In this document: positions 7,363-13,484 of the stretch, piece by piece
How positions within the stretch are numbered: the stretch's first letter is position 1
Layout: each line of letters starts with the position of its first letter
NCBI GenBank assembly: GCA_018646705.1
Contig: JABGUG010000060.1
Span: 1 to 13,484 of the forward strand
From: Candidatus Parcubacteria bacterium
Lineage (GTDB): Bacteria; Patescibacteriota; Patescibacteriia; Magasanikbacterales; UBA922
Direction of reading: 5' to 3'
Length of the DNA: 13,484 nt
Position numbers and translations under genes: made by a program
Notes under the pieces: generated by a model
Databases searched by the model: none
What the model saw: only the letters and a program-made list of their open reading frames with translations
Told to the model about the DNA's origin: nothing

Positions 7363-7785
7363 TTATTCTTCATCCTTAGTAGGAATTTCTGTTTTTTTCG
7401 ATTCCATAGTGTATGTTGCATCAAACTCAAATCCAGCATATGTAGCGAGAAGAATTCCTTCGGCAATACCAATATACATGAATACATTGCTATAAAATAC
7501 ACTATATGATTTTACAAACAATGGAACCGTGATAGCAATATCAAGCACCGTACCAACAAGCACACCAATTATACCAAGCAGAAAGCCTTTCTTTGTTGTT
7601 GGTGAATCCTCTCTAAAATACCATTTTGCAAGCAATAGAACAAGTGGAATCAAAAGTATCCAAAGAATAAGAAATTGGTAAAAATCCTTATCTTGCAAAC
7701 TCGGTGTAAACATGAGTATTGAAATAATAGCAAATATTCCTACCCACAACATTACCCCAAAAGCGATGGCTCTTTTTATTTTCAT
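7363..7785 (-). CDS. Small integral membrane protein (140 aa, about 4 TM), unknown function.
   Basis: Four hydrophobic stretches. Tightly packed between the PPDK_N-domain gene (16 bp upstream) and the Cys-rich microprotein (4 bp downstream). Confidence 0.65.
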   Translation of the reverse strand: MKIKRAIAFGVMLWVGIFAIISILMFTPSLQDKDFYQFLILWILLIPLVLLLAKWYFREDSPTTKKGFLLGIIGVLVGTVLDIAITVPLFVKSYSVFYSNVFMYIGIAEGILLATYAGFEFDATYTMESKKTEIPTKDEE

Positions 7786-7801
7786 ATATTTTTAATTAAA
7801 A

Positions 7802-8773
7802 TTAATTATTTTTTAATGTCGTAATTGGTCTACTCTGTGTAATATATAATTCATCATTATCATCAATCGCCCACTCAATATCGCAAGGAAAACCATAATG
7901 TGCCTCAATACGCTTACACATTTCTGCAACTTGAATAGTTTGTTTTCCAGTTAGTTTTTGCTTTCCACCTTCTGATTCGTCTAAATCAATCCAAACATTT
8001 TGTGCATGTCGGTCGCGACCGTCATCTACGTTTTGCATCAATTTCTTACTTTGGTTGCCAACATTAATATCAAGAATGCTCATTTCTAATTTTGAAACGA
8101 CATAATTATCTGGTGTGATCTGACCACTTACAATTGCTTCCCCTAACCCAAAACCCGCTTCTATAATCATCTGATCTCTGTCTTCTGTCACTGGATGAAC
8201 AGTGAAAGCTACCCCTGATACTTCGGATTGTATCATTTTTTGTACTACTACACCAACGGATACGTTCTGATCATTCAAATTTTTTTCATAACGATAAAAA
8301 ATTGCTCGCGGTGTAAAAAGTGAAGACCAACATTCCTTTACTTTTTCAACAACATTATCTCGAGTAATATTTAAAAATGTATCTAATTCTCCTGCCCAAC
8401 TAGCAATTGCGCCGTCTTCGGCTGTGGCAGAAGAACGAACAGCAACAAACTCTGCATTCAACTCATTGAAAGATTTCAAAATTTCTTCTGCCAAATCTAA
8501 TGGCATTTCTGTATCATGAATCACATCGCGAATAACTGAACTAGCCTTATCAACAGAGTTTATATCATCTGGATTTACTTGCTTGAGGCGTGCATCTATT
8601 TCTTGTTTTAAATCTGTTTCTTCTAAAAATCTATCAAAAGCGTCAGCAAGTACCACAAAGCCAGGTGGCACAGAAATTCCGGCTTGGGTCATTTCACCAA
8701 GAGATGCGCCTTTGCCTCCAGCTTCTGATACACTAGTTTTATTTATTTGTTTAAAAAATTTTATATGATTCAT
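7802..8773 (-). CDS. Stand-alone PEP-utilising-enzyme N-terminal nucleotide-binding domain protein (PPDK_N / PEP synthase N-terminal ATP-grasp-like domain only), 323 aa. It lacks the phosphohistidine swivel and PEP/pyruvate TIM-barrel domains.
   Basis: GGKGASLGEM near the N-terminus, AVRSSATAEDGAIASWAGELDTFLN, AGFGLGEAIVSGQITPDNYVV, and YGFPCDIEWAIDDNDELYITQSRPIT at the C-terminus all match the PpsA/PPDK N-terminal domain. The ORF stops at the domain boundary, and the next gene is an unrelated membrane protein. Confidence 0.85.
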   Translation of the reverse strand: MNHIKFFKQINKTSVSEAGGKGASLGEMTQAGISVPPGFVVLADAFDRFLEETDLKQEIDARLKQVNPDDINSVDKASSVIRDVIHDTEMPLDLAEEILKSFNELNAEFVAVRSSATAEDGAIASWAGELDTFLNITRDNVVEKVKECWSSLFTPRAIFYRYEKNLNDQNVSVGVVVQKMIQSEVSGVAFTVHPVTEDRDQMIIEAGFGLGEAIVSGQITPDNYVVSKLEMSILDINVGNQSKKLMQNVDDGRDRHAQNVWIDLDESEGGKQKLTGKQTIQVAEMCKRIEAHYGFPCDIEWAIDDNDELYITQSRPITTLKNN

Positions 8774-8777
8774 GATA

Positions 8778-9575
8778 TCATTTTATAAATTTTTTCCAAA
8801 TATTACCCATTTGTTCTACTAGATCTTCTGCATTATAAAAAGTTCCTTTTTTTTCATACGATTCATCCCCTGCTAAACCAGCGAGATGTATTCCAACACA
8901 AGTAGCTGTAATATTATCATTTGTACAGGAAAGTGCTGCAACAGTTCCAGATACTACATCGCCGGTTCCACCTTTTGTCATTCCTACATTTCCTGTTCTG
9001 TTTTCCCAAATATCTTCTCCATTACTTACATAATCATATTTACCCTTAAGAAGTACAGTTCCTCCATATTCTATAGCCATCGTATGTACATGATCTGAAG
9101 TTGGTTTACATTTATATACTTGCTCAAATTCACGTGAATGTGGTGTTAAAATTGTATTGTTATTTATCCATGCAGGATTAAGATGCCACATAGCTGTTGC
9201 ATCTATTACTATTTTTTTATCTTCATATTTTGTTAACAATGTTTTTACCAAACCAACATTTTCCCCAGTCTCAGCCATTCCAGGCCCAATTAGGACAGCA
9301 TCTACCATATCAACAGTATTCCACAACTCTTCTTCTAATACAGGAATAAAGACGGCTACATCTGACTTTAGATTATCAATAATACCTCTGTTATTCGGTG
9401 TGGTATATACATACACCATATCTACTATTCGAGATGCAGTTTGAACAGCCAAAAGCAAGGCTCCATGAAACTTTTCAGATCCAGCTATTATAAGAAGTCG
9501 GCCATTTTGACCTTTGTGGCTGTCTTTTTTTGGTTTTTGTAAATCCCCAAAAATGGATTGATCTATTATCTTCAT
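8778..9575 (-). CDS. nnrD: ADP/ATP-dependent NAD(P)H-hydrate dehydratase (YjeF C-terminal domain; ribokinase-like fold).
   Basis: HKGQNGRLLIIAGSEKFHGA near the N-terminus and GMTKGGTGDVVSGTVAAL near the C-terminus are hallmark YjeF_C motifs. 265 aa. No YjeF_N epimerase domain is fused. 4-bp gap to the downstream PPDK_N-domain gene. Confidence 0.88.
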   Translation of the reverse strand: MKIIDQSIFGDLQKPKKDSHKGQNGRLLIIAGSEKFHGALLLAVQTASRIVDMVYVYTTPNNRGIIDNLKSDVAVFIPVLEEELWNTVDMVDAVLIGPGMAETGENVGLVKTLLTKYEDKKIVIDATAMWHLNPAWINNNTILTPHSREFEQVYKCKPTSDHVHTMAIEYGGTVLLKGKYDYVSNGEDIWENRTGNVGMTKGGTGDVVSGTVAALSCTNDNITATCVGIHLAGLAGDESYEKKGTFYNAEDLVEQMGNIWKKFIK

Positions 9576-9612
9576 ATATATATTGTGCTCTGTTGAGAGA
9601 AAAAAGTCAATA
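9576..9612 (-). promoter_or_regulatory. Possible promoter upstream of nnrD: -35 TTGACT (9609..9604), 17-nt spacer, -10-like CACAAT, then a 6-nt leader before the ATG (or a leaderless TATATAT-ATG arrangement).
   Basis: Read by eye in the 107-bp intergenic region between the MTase-fold gene and nnrD. Weak -10. Confidence 0.25.
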
Positions 9613-9682
9613 CGAGCCTTAAATAAATAAAAAACGATTATAAAGTATAACCGCTTTTTAAAATTTAGACATAAACCAAATA

Positions 9683-10498
9683 CTACTTCTTTATAACAAG
9701 TATTGGCACATCAGATGAAAACCACTCTTCACCAAATCTTACTCCATGCAAAGTAGCATTTCCTTCTATTACCTTTATAATATCTTGAAAAAGAGGAATA
9801 TAAACTTTTAAACTCATATTTTTTATATCTAGGTCTTCAAAATAATCCAACTCACTTTTCCTCATTTTTTTGTTTTTATAAAGTTTCAAAAAATTCTTCC
9901 ATACTCCAGGAAAAGTACCTTCTTCTTTTTTATAATCATAAGCACTTTTAAACATTGGTGCCATCACAGTTTCTAAAATCGGACGATGCTTCATTTTTGT
10001 CCTATAAAAATGCAAAGCTTTTGCCAAGTCCCCACGCTCGCAGTCATAACGTACAAATGTTTTGAGCATACAAAGCCCATCGGTTTTAAGCATTTTGGAA
10101 ATATTTTTGATAAATTTTGGCTGATCTTTTTTTGACAATACATTGATACAAAAGTCTCCTACAATAAGATCAAATTTTTGTTTAGGACTAACTGTTCGCC
10201 AATCTTTTGTTATAAGCGTTTCTTTGTGTTTTTTCCTTTTCATGAGCGTACCCATTGCTTCATAATTTTCTTTTCTGTAATCAACCACGGTACATGATAA
10301 TTTATATTTTGCATACAAATCACGAAACTCACTTGTGGAACCAAATACCAACACATTGGGTTTTTTCTTTTTCAAAAGAATTTTCTTCAAAATATCTTCG
10401 TATACTTTCATCTCACCTGGAGATGGGCGGTCTGGCGGAGTCCACTTACCCCAAGATTTTGCCAAATTTTGTGTCCAGGTTTTATTTTTTGAAGACAT
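9683..10498 (-). CDS. Rossmann-fold, class-I SAM-methyltransferase-like protein with a degenerate motif I (VLVFGSTSE instead of GxGxG).
   Basis: Order of motifs: VLVFGSTSEF (motif I-like), KLSCTVVDY (acidic post-I), FDLIVGDFCINVL (motif II-like), MLKTDGLCMLKTF (motif III-like). 271 aa. Assignment is by motif order only. Confidence 0.5.
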   Translation of the reverse strand: MSSKNKTWTQNLAKSWGKWTPPDRPSPGEMKVYEDILKKILLKKKKPNVLVFGSTSEFRDLYAKYKLSCTVVDYRKENYEAMGTLMKRKKHKETLITKDWRTVSPKQKFDLIVGDFCINVLSKKDQPKFIKNISKMLKTDGLCMLKTFVRYDCERGDLAKALHFYRTKMKHRPILETVMAPMFKSAYDYKKEEGTFPGVWKNFLKLYKNKKMRKSELDYFEDLDIKNMSLKVYIPLFQDIIKVIEGNATLHGVRFGEEWFSSDVPILVIKK

Positions 10499-10510
10499 AA
10501 TAAAAAATAA

Positions 10511-12736
10511 TTAATTATCAAACCTAACTATCTCATCTTGATTAATGTGTTTTGGTTTATCTTCTGTTTTATTCTGCACGTCCTTTTTCTCTTTAGATTC
10601 TGCATTTTGTGGAGACCTATCAGGACTATTATTATTTTGTGCACCACTTTTCTTCTTTCTACGTCTACGTCTTTTTTTCTTACTTGGTTCAGTACTAGGA
10701 CTATTTTGAACATTTTGTGGTTTGATAACATCATTACTGTCTGTAATAATCTTCTCACCAGTGCCAACAATCTTTTCTTTCAAAATTTCTGGATTATTTG
10801 TATTATCTTTTATACCAAGAAATTTAGTACCACCACCTTTACCACTTCGAATAGCCTGAAATTGAGCCAATGCATCATCTAGTGAACCAACCCATATATC
10901 TGGGGATTTATTCGCTCCAAAAATTTCTTCGGTGTTGGCTGACTCATACATATCTATTTTCACATCATATATTTTAACACCAGCTTTTTCATATATCGAT
11001 CCTTTACGCCTTCCTTTGTTGTCTAAAACAACATCTTTAGGTTTATTTTCTGGTAAAAATACATATTTATGATCACCGTCTTTGTGTTTTATAATATAAT
11101 CTGCATTTTTTTCAAAATAATCAATAATTTCTTTTTTAAATTTTTTCGGTGATGAAGTTTCTTTTGTTTTCTCATCATCTTTTCCTAAGAACCCAAGTGT
11201 GTCTTCGCCAACAGTTTCTGTGTCTTTAGACTTTTCAGAAGCAGGAGGCAAAAGATCTTTTAGAGATACGGTTTCTTCTGGTTTTGTTTTTTCTATTGGC
11301 TCAGACTTCTTTTCAGTATTCGTACCTACCTCAATCTTTTTTTCTTTTTTCTTTCCATCATTTTTTTTATTTTCAACTTCTGACTTAATAGTAGTATCAA
11401 CATCTTCATCATCATTTACATCAGGACCCATTCCACTCCAACGTAAGATCTTATCTTCGATCATTTCACGAGATTTACCATAACGCTCACGAGAAACACG
11501 TATTACTTTTTCTTTTGATCCTGTAGCAGAACCAATTGGTGGCAATGTTAATGCACTAAATGGCTGAGATGCAACTCCATCAATCATTAATTTTAATAAA
11601 ATTTGATATTTGGCAAGATTCACGATATCTGTTTCAATAAATGTTGGCTCGAATTCTTTTGTGAGCATCTCTGCGTCTGCACCACCAACACGAAACGATA
11701 CAATTGTTCCTACATTTCCAAATACAGCATCTGCTACAATTTCATCAAGCTGAGCAACATACTGATGTGCCATAATAAGACTTAATCGATATTTACGTGC
11801 CTCAGACAAAATATTTGCAAAACTAGGTGTTGCAAAATTTTGAAATTCATCAACATACAAGAAAAAATCCTTACGTTCACTTTCTGGCATATCTACACGC
11901 TCCATTGCAGCAAGCTGGATTTTTGTAATAAGCATTCCACCAAGCAATCTACTATTATCTTCTCCGATACGACCCTTTGACAAATTCATGATTAAGATCT
12001 TCTTGTTATCCATGAGTTCTCGAATATCAATTGTGGATTTTACCTGAGCCACCATGTTACGAATTACAGAAGCTGACATGAATTGACCAATCTTATTTTG
12101 GATAGGAGCTACAGCTTCTTTGGCATACCTAGGTTCATAATTGGCAAATTCATCTTGCCAAAAAGCTTTTACAACAGGATCTTTAAGTTGTTTTACTACT
12201 TTACGACGATAATTCTTATCAGCAAGCAAACGATTAATTCCCATAAGTGTGGAACCTGGATAATCAAGTAATGCCAAAAGTGTATTATTCAAAATATATT
12301 CCATTCTTGCACTCCATACATCTGGCCAAATTTTCTTAAAAATTCCCATAAGTCCAGAAGCGATCAAGTGTTTTTGTTCTTCACTTTTAACTTCCAAAAT
12401 ATTAAATCCTATTGGAAAGTCTATATCTGATGGATTCAAATAAATAACATCATTAATACGACTTGATGGAATAAAATCTACTAATTTTTCAGCAAAATCC
12501 CCATGTGGGTCTACAACTCCAACGCCGTGACCTTTGTAAATATCATGAAGAACCATGTTTTCCATCATGGTTGTCTTGCCCATACCAGTCTTTCCAATCA
12601 CGTACATATGTCGACGTCTGTCATCAGTCTTTGTCCCAAACTTAACTGGCTGGCTACGATAATTAGTCTGCGCAAAAATACAGATATCTTCTTTGATCTT
12701 TTCTTCACCTTTTGGTTTGAGATTTTCTATGGGCAT
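10511..12736 (-). CDS. TrwB/TraD/VirD4-family (type IV coupling protein-like) P-loop ATPase. It is a soluble variant without the N-terminal TM anchor, with a ~300-aa Lys/Glu-rich low-complexity C-terminal tail ending in a polybasic KKKRRRRRKKK stretch.
   Basis: RRHMYVIGKTGMGKTT (Walker A) followed by VVDPHGDF (the DPxGD/E motif typical of T4CPs, cf. TrwB ...VIVDPNGD). Walker B FFLYVDEFQNF. SLIMAHQYVAQLDE (conserved Q motif). Walker A sits at residue ~47 with no upstream hydrophobic segment. Residues ~440-741 are K/E/D/T-rich. Confidence 0.85.
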   Translation of the reverse strand: MPIENLKPKGEEKIKEDICIFAQTNYRSQPVKFGTKTDDRRRHMYVIGKTGMGKTTMMENMVLHDIYKGHGVGVVDPHGDFAEKLVDFIPSSRINDVIYLNPSDIDFPIGFNILEVKSEEQKHLIASGLMGIFKKIWPDVWSARMEYILNNTLLALLDYPGSTLMGINRLLADKNYRRKVVKQLKDPVVKAFWQDEFANYEPRYAKEAVAPIQNKIGQFMSASVIRNMVAQVKSTIDIRELMDNKKILIMNLSKGRIGEDNSRLLGGMLITKIQLAAMERVDMPESERKDFFLYVDEFQNFATPSFANILSEARKYRLSLIMAHQYVAQLDEIVADAVFGNVGTIVSFRVGGADAEMLTKEFEPTFIETDIVNLAKYQILLKLMIDGVASQPFSALTLPPIGSATGSKEKVIRVSRERYGKSREMIEDKILRWSGMGPDVNDDEDVDTTIKSEVENKKNDGKKKEKKIEVGTNTEKKSEPIEKTKPEETVSLKDLLPPASEKSKDTETVGEDTLGFLGKDDEKTKETSSPKKFKKEIIDYFEKNADYIIKHKDGDHKYVFLPENKPKDVVLDNKGRRKGSIYEKAGVKIYDVKIDMYESANTEEIFGANKSPDIWVGSLDDALAQFQAIRSGKGGGTKFLGIKDNTNNPEILKEKIVGTGEKIITDSNDVIKPQNVQNSPSTEPSKKKRRRRRKKKSGAQNNNSPDRSPQNAESKEKKDVQNKTEDKPKHINQDEIVRFDN

Positions 12737-12764
12737 AAAAATATATAAGCCTTAGTTCCAACTT

Positions 12765-12773
12765 ATTGTACCA
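12765..12773 (-). promoter_or_regulatory. Extended -10 promoter element TGGTACAAT upstream of the T4CP-like ATPase gene (-10 hexamer TACAAT 12770..12765).
   Basis: Minus strand reads ...GGAGTGTTTTATGGTACAATAAGTTGGAACTAAGGCTTATATATTTTTATG. The TGn-TACAAT lies about 28 nt upstream of the ATG (12736), with AAGG about 13 nt upstream as a possible SD. Confidence 0.35.
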
Positions 12774-12935
12774 TAAAACACTCCAAAATTAAATCTCATG
12801 ACTTATTTTTTTACTAATCTATATTTCTTAATCATTTTTAATTTAATATATTTTCCTTAAACTAGCAAAAAATATAGAGAATACTTGACACTGCTACAAT
12901 TCTATGTTAAATTGTACTGTTTACCTAAATTATCT

Positions 12936-12974
12936 ACTGAATATTGATTTTTCCATTATAAGCTAATATTCAGT
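12936..12974. repeat. Perfect 10-bp inverted repeat actgaatatt (12936-12945) / aatattcagt (12965-12974) with a 19-bp spacer, about 20 bp before the base-composition switch.
   Basis: Seen directly. A second weaker IR tacaatt(12895-12901)/aattgta(12910-12916) and an outward-facing TTGACA(12885-12890)-N17-TAAATT element lie just upstream. Confidence 0.5.
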
Positions 12975-12989
12975 GGGGAATTTTCATAC

Positions 12990-13484
12990 TAGGACGCCTT
13001 TGCGCCCTGGGTTGTATCCCGCTGTACGTATACAAGTGTTTTTTTGTTGTACGGGTATGAAAGGAAAGACCAGTGGACTACTACACGTTCCGTAAGTACG
13101 CCCGACCTCTTATCTTGGCCGGCGCCATCCTGGGTATCATTCTCGGTACCCTAGAATTCGCCGCGTTCATGTCCTCCCCCAAGTGGGAGAACGAAACCTA
13201 CTTGAGGTGGACCGCGGGCTACGTCCCGCCGCCGCCCATCGACGTGGGTACCCGTCCACCCACCGAGGAGGCACTCGAGGAACAGTGCCGGACCGACCGG
13301 ATCCGCGAGAAGGCCACGGAGGAATCCGAGGCTTGGCTCACGGTTCAGCGTGCCGCACAGGCTGAGGCCGACGAACGGTATGCGAAGTACTTCGCGTCGC
13401 TGCCTCAGGCAAAACAACAGCCGAAGGAGAGGCCGCTGTTCATCTGGGACCTGCGACCGGGCGAGTCCTTGGGACAATTCACGC
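12990..13484. other. Abrupt compositional discontinuity: sequence switches from about 30% GC to about 60+% GC and stays GC-rich to the end of the window.
   Basis: Visible by eye: 12737-12989 is almost pure A/T, whereas 13080-13484 is dominated by G/C with codons such as GCC, GAG, CCG, CTG, GAC. The transition zone 12990-13072 is about 50% GC. Confidence 0.8.
13073..13484 (+). CDS. Partial (5' end present, 3' end off-window) high-GC ORF of unknown function. GTG start preceded by AAAGGAAAG (AAGGA SD, 7-nt spacer). N-terminal TM helix (PLILAGAILGIILGTLEFAAF) then a Pro/Glu/Ala-rich soluble region.
   Basis: Hand translation: VDYYTFRKYARPLILAGAILGIILGTLEFAAFMSSPKWENETYLRWTAGYVPPPPIDVGTRPPTEEALEEQCRTDRIREKATEESEAWLTVQRAAQAEADERYAKYFASLPQAKQQPKERPLFIWDLRPGESLGQFT..., 137 codons without a stop. 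Third codon positions are about 80% G/C, a strong frame-specific signal. The two track ORFs in this region are in other frames and look like GC-rich shadow ORFs. Confidence 0.6.
   Translation, partial: MDYYTFRKYARPLILAGAILGIILGTLEFAAFMSSPKWENETYLRWTAGYVPPPPIDVGTRPPTEEALEEQCRTDRIREKATEESEAWLTVQRAAQAEADERYAKYFASLPQAKQQPKERPLFIWDLRPGESLGQFT

Noticed and set aside
8583-9444. Plus-strand ORFs 8583..8768, 8886..9098 and 9157..9444.
   Set aside because: They are antisense to the PPDK_N-domain and YjeF_C genes, which have clear family motifs. Their translations are S/T/I-rich low complexity.
10255-10500. Plus-strand 81-aa ORF antisense to the MTase-fold gene.
   Set aside because: It is nested antisense within a longer, better-supported ORF.
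10528-12748. Small ORFs within or antisense to the T4CP-like ATPase gene (10528..10770 -, 10538..10882 +, 11199..11483 +, 11603..11785 +, 12083..12271 +, 12503..12748 +).
   Set aside because: All are embedded in the 741-aa ORF, which has Walker A / DPxGD / Walker B motifs. The 10.5-11.4 kb ones arise from the repetitive K/E-rich tail coding region.
13151-13477. Track ORFs 13151..13477 (-) and 13183..13365 (+) in the GC-rich tail.
   Set aside because: High-GC DNA yields long open frames on every strand. Only the plus frame starting at GTG 13073 shows the strong third-position G/C bias and a proper SD, so these two are treated as shadow frames.
1-13484. CRISPR arrays, rRNA or tRNA genes, IS elements or integrases.
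   Set aside because: No regularly spaced direct repeats, no rRNA- or tRNA-like conserved blocks, and no transposase or recombinase-like ORFs were seen on either strand.

Overview
The window is about 13.5 kb. From position 1 to about 12,990 it is strongly AT-rich (about 30% GC by eye) and carries 13-14 tightly packed genes, all on the minus strand, with gaps of 3-28 bp or 4-bp ATGA overlaps. In minus-strand order, from high to low coordinates, these are a soluble TrwB/TraD/VirD4-like ATPase with a ~300-aa K/E-rich tail; a Rossmann/methyltransferase-fold protein; a YjeF_C NAD(P)HX dehydratase; a stand-alone PEP-synthase N-terminal (PPDK_N) nucleotide-binding domain protein; a 4-TM membrane protein; a Cys-rich membrane-anchored microprotein; an SPFH/band-7 protein; a tandem CxxC zinc-ribbon protein with its own consensus promoter and hairpin terminator; an HD-domain hydrolase; mnmA; a possible 33-aa hydrophobic peptide; a polytopic membrane protein; short-form alaS; and a partial small membrane protein. 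Sigma70-like promoters, a rho-independent terminator and bacterial-type AlaRS/MnmA motifs mark this as bacterial. Unidirectional packing, weak or absent Shine-Dalgarno sequences, low GC and a short-form AlaRS are consistent with a reduced-genome Patescibacteria/CPR-like organism, but that is inference only. No in-frame TGA readthrough is needed, so the standard code applies. At about 12,990 the composition switches abruptly to about 60+% GC. From 13073 a plus-strand, strongly GC3-biased ORF with an AAGGA SD and GTG start runs off the window. This is either an assembly or contamination chimera or a very recent cross-phylum acquisition, and is the most striking feature. No rRNA, tRNA, CRISPR, transposase or integrase was recognised.
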